Source of the DNA: a virus
Lineage: Duplodnaviria; Caudoviricetes
Virus record (IMG/VR): IMGVR_UViG_3300044267_003379
Span: 1 to 24,275 of that record
Strand: one strand, 5' to 3'
DNA: 24,275 nt
Shown here in pieces: positions 22,144-24,275 of the stretch. The notes under the pieces are model-generated. The model saw only the letters and a program-made list of their open reading frames with translations. It made no database searches and was not told the origin of the DNA. Position numbers and translations under genes: made by a program. How positions within the stretch are numbered: position 1 is the stretch's first letter; each line of letters begins with the position of its first letter.

Positions 22144-23598
22144 ATGCCTACAAGTTACGGTACTGGTACAGCCCTTCAGTTCTCGGATTCGACACAAAGA
22201 CAAGTCCTTGAGCTAGGGTCTAAAATCCATTACTATAATCCTAACGCGACTCCCATTTTCTCTCTGTTTGGAATGAAGTCAGTAGTGACTCCAGTCCCTA
22301 TCTTTGAGTGGATGGAAGACGAGTACATGATTAAAAAGAGTGAGAAGTTTAACATAACATCTTCAGATGTTGCTGACACAGCAACAGGTGGTATAAACGG
22401 TCATCACACAATCTTAATAGCTGAAAGACAAGCCCAAATGGAAATGTTTGAGGTTGGTGGTATTTACAGCGCAAGTGTTGCTGGTGGCTCTGCGGCTTTA
22501 CAAACTGCTGTTACTCATTTCATTTGTATTGCGGTTGGCAAGGATGTAAACCATGCTAGTGCAACTGATAAAATGGCTCAGTTTCTTGGAGCGCATGCTC
22601 ATTCTAGCCTTGATGCTTATAACGTAGAAGCTTGTGCAGATGGTTCAGACCTGATAACAGCAGACGCATCTGGTGTTTTAACTTTAGAATATGTTGCTAA
22701 TGCAGGGTTGTTTTACGACAATGGAACTGCAACATCATACTATGGCTATCAAACACATAGCGCAACTAGCGGTTTTGGTGAAGTTACTTTTGCTGACGCT
22801 GATTACTTTATGCGTGAAAATGGCGTTGCAGGTATTGCTGAAGGTTCAGCAGTAGGAACTGAAACTCGTAAAAAAGTTCGTAGGTTGAAAAACTGTACGC
22901 AAATTTTTCGCGAGCCATACACAGTAACTGGAACTGCAAAAGCTGCAAAGCATTACGGTGGTTCGGAGTTAGCAAGGTTGCAAGCTAGAAAACTAGCAAA
23001 AATCAAAGGTGATGTTGAATGGGCTATTTTAACAAATGGCGCAATCTCTCTTGATGCAACCGCTGAAAATCCAAAGCGTACCTTTCAAGGCTTTGATGTT
23101 AGCAGCACCGGTGGTGCAGTTACATCCTTGAATGGTGCTAGTAATACCAATATGCAATGGGATGAAAGCGCTGGTCTTTCTAATTTAGACGGTGTTTCAG
23201 AATATCTATTCCATGATATGGTATCAGGTTCAATGAGAAAAACCGTATTTTGTTCTAATAAGTGGCTTGTTAAGCTTGTTGCGGCTACTAGAACTGCAGA
23301 TACAGGTTTTTATGACACTGGTGAAAAAACAGCAACTGGTCTAAGGGTTCGCTCTTACATGGGTCCAGTTGGTCAGTTAGACTTTGTCCCTCATCCGTAC
23401 CTAAATGGTTCTTTAGAAGATTATGCAGTGGCGATTGACCCAGCGAACTTTTCAGTTCGTCCTTTGGCTGGTCGCGATATGCAACTCCGTAAAGACATTG
23501 TTAAGGATGGTCGTGATGGTCAAACTGATGAATGGCTAATGGAAGTTGGCGTTGAGATTCGTAATGAACAGACTCACGCTATTTTAAAAATAGTCTAA
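22144..23598 (+). CDS. Major capsid protein (DUF5309/SU10-like)
   Basis: TPIFSL..FEWMED; N.TQIFREPYTVTGTA; KIKGDVEWAIL; E.GVEIRNEQTHAIL C-terminus; AGGAGG RBS. Confidence 0.88.
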   Translation: MPTSYGTGTALQFSDSTQRQVLELGSKIHYYNPNATPIFSLFGMKSVVTPVPIFEWMEDEYMIKKSEKFNITSSDVADTATGGINGHHTILIAERQAQMEMFEVGGIYSASVAGGSAALQTAVTHFICIAVGKDVNHASATDKMAQFLGAHAHSSLDAYNVEACADGSDLITADASGVLTLEYVANAGLFYDNGTATSYYGYQTHSATSGFGEVTFADADYFMRENGVAGIAEGSAVGTETRKKVRRLKNCTQIFREPYTVTGTAKAAKHYGGSELARLQARKLAKIKGDVEWAILTNGAISLDATAENPKRTFQGFDVSSTGGAVTSLNGASNTNMQWDESAGLSNLDGVSEYLFHDMVSGSMRKTVFCSNKWLVKLVAATRTADTGFYDTGEKTATGLRVRSYMGPVGQLDFVPHPYLNGSLEDYAVAIDPANFSVRPLAGRDMQLRKDIVKDGRDGQTDEWLMEVGVEIRNEQTHAILKIV

Positions 23599-23611
23599 AA
23601 CCAAACAATCG

Positions 23612-23637
23612 CTTGGGGGCGGGCAACCGCCCTCAAG
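23612..23637 (+). terminator. GC-rich GNRA-capped hairpin after the capsid gene
   Basis: CTTGGGGGCGG-GCAA-CCGCCCTCAAG; only a weak U-tract, so it may be a stabiliser or attenuator. Confidence 0.6.
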
Positions 23638-23649
23638 TTAGGAAAAAAC

Positions 23650-23772
23650 ATGAAAGAAACAACATACGGAACAGGGGCAACATCGTTTAGCGATGGCTCT
23701 ACGCGTTTAATAACGACGCTAAAAAAGAAATCCCGTGTTCGCAAAAAACGTAAAAAAAGAAAAGGATATTAA
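23650..23772 (+). CDS. 40-aa peptide: capsid-N-terminus-like segment plus polybasic tail (not in ORF track)
   Basis: AGGA RBS; MKETTYGTGATSFSDGSTRLITTLKKKSRVRKKRKKRKGY. Confidence 0.7.
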   Translation: MKETTYGTGATSFSDGSTRLITTLKKKSRVRKKRKKRKGY

Positions 23773-23774
23773 AT

Positions 23775-23873
23775 ATGCCTGTTGTGGATGGAGTAAAATT
23801 TTCCTATACGCCTGAGGGTATAAAGAAGGCAAGTAGGGCTAGAAAAAAATACAATAAAAATAAAAGAAAATAA
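23775..23873 (+). CDS. 32-aa basic peptide (not in ORF track)
   Basis: AAGGA RBS; MPVVDGVKFSYTPEGIKKASRARKKYNKNKRK. Confidence 0.65.
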   Translation: MPVVDGVKFSYTPEGIKKASRARKKYNKNKRK

Positions 23874-23875
23874 CA

Positions 23876-24275
23876 ATGCGCTATCAAGAAGCATATGAAC
23901 TTATTGACGCGGGTGTGATTGCCGGTGGTGTTGAGTTGCCTGTGTCTCACAATTTGATTGAGATATATTTTGACCAAGCCATTAAAGATATTGCCATGCG
24001 AGCAGTAAGAAAAAAAGCCTCAGAATCTTTTACTACAAGCAGTAAAGAGTATGTATTTACAAATTCAAATTACTCAGGACAAATCTACAAAGTAGAGTTA
24101 GATAAAGTAGATGTACCTTTTGTTGATGAGTCTGCGATAATATCTGATATAGCCGATGATGACGTCTCTAAGATTGGATACTACATAAAAACAGATACGT
24201 CAACTGGTTCAATAACTGCAATTACAAGCGCTTCTCCTTCGGAAGTGACATCTACGTCGCACGGTTTAGCCATCT
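23876..24275 (+). CDS. Probable head-tail adaptor/virion protein (partial, runs off the right edge)
   Basis: MRYQEAYELID..IEIYFDQAIKDIA helix pattern; ITAITSASPSEVTSTSHGL motif common in phage virion proteins; position after the capsid gene. Confidence 0.55.
   Translation, partial: MRYQEAYELIDAGVIAGGVELPVSHNLIEIYFDQAIKDIAMRAVRKKASESFTTSSKEYVFTNSNYSGQIYKVELDKVDVPFVDESAIISDIADDDVSKIGYYIKTDTSTGSITAITSASPSEVTSTSHGLAI

Noticed and set aside
1-24275. Stop-codon reassignment or introns/inteins in terL, portal or capsid
   Set aside because: Genes are full length and tightly packed under the standard code, with TAA, TAG and TGA all used as stops; no splicing motifs seen.

Overview
This window is a fragment of a tailed dsDNA phage genome, probably podovirus-like (P22-type portal, DUF5309/SU10-like capsid). 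It has three blocks. (1) 1-5.8 kb, + strand: recombination/replication genes (excisionase-like HTH, Gam-like protein, ERF annealase, Holliday junction resolvase, DUF1376-type initiator with an internal origin-like repeat). (2) 5.9-14.5 kb, - strand: small early/host-takeover genes (DUF3846 and PC4 domains, an AAA+/VWA-like pair, a possible SAM-lyase-fold protein), headed by a very acidic 131-aa ORF and a D-armless tRNA-like RNA. (3) 15.1-24.3 kb, + strand: packaging and head genes (TerS, TerL, C5 methyltransferase, portal, scaffold, major capsid, adaptor). Blocks 2 and 3 diverge from a non-coding junction at about 14.55-15.1 kb that looks like the genome end or packaging region. Main unexplained signals: a candidate first-entry anti-defence cassette (Ocr-like acidic protein plus a tRNA-Lys(UUU)-like mimic); AGCT and CCGG absent left of the junction but common right of it, with GATC and GGCC not found anywhere; four long hairpins with a shared K-loop-like cap; an expanded second copy of the origin boxes at the junction; and a 40-aa peptide that copies the capsid N-terminus onto a polybasic tail. 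All family assignments come from motif recognition by eye and all counts are manual.
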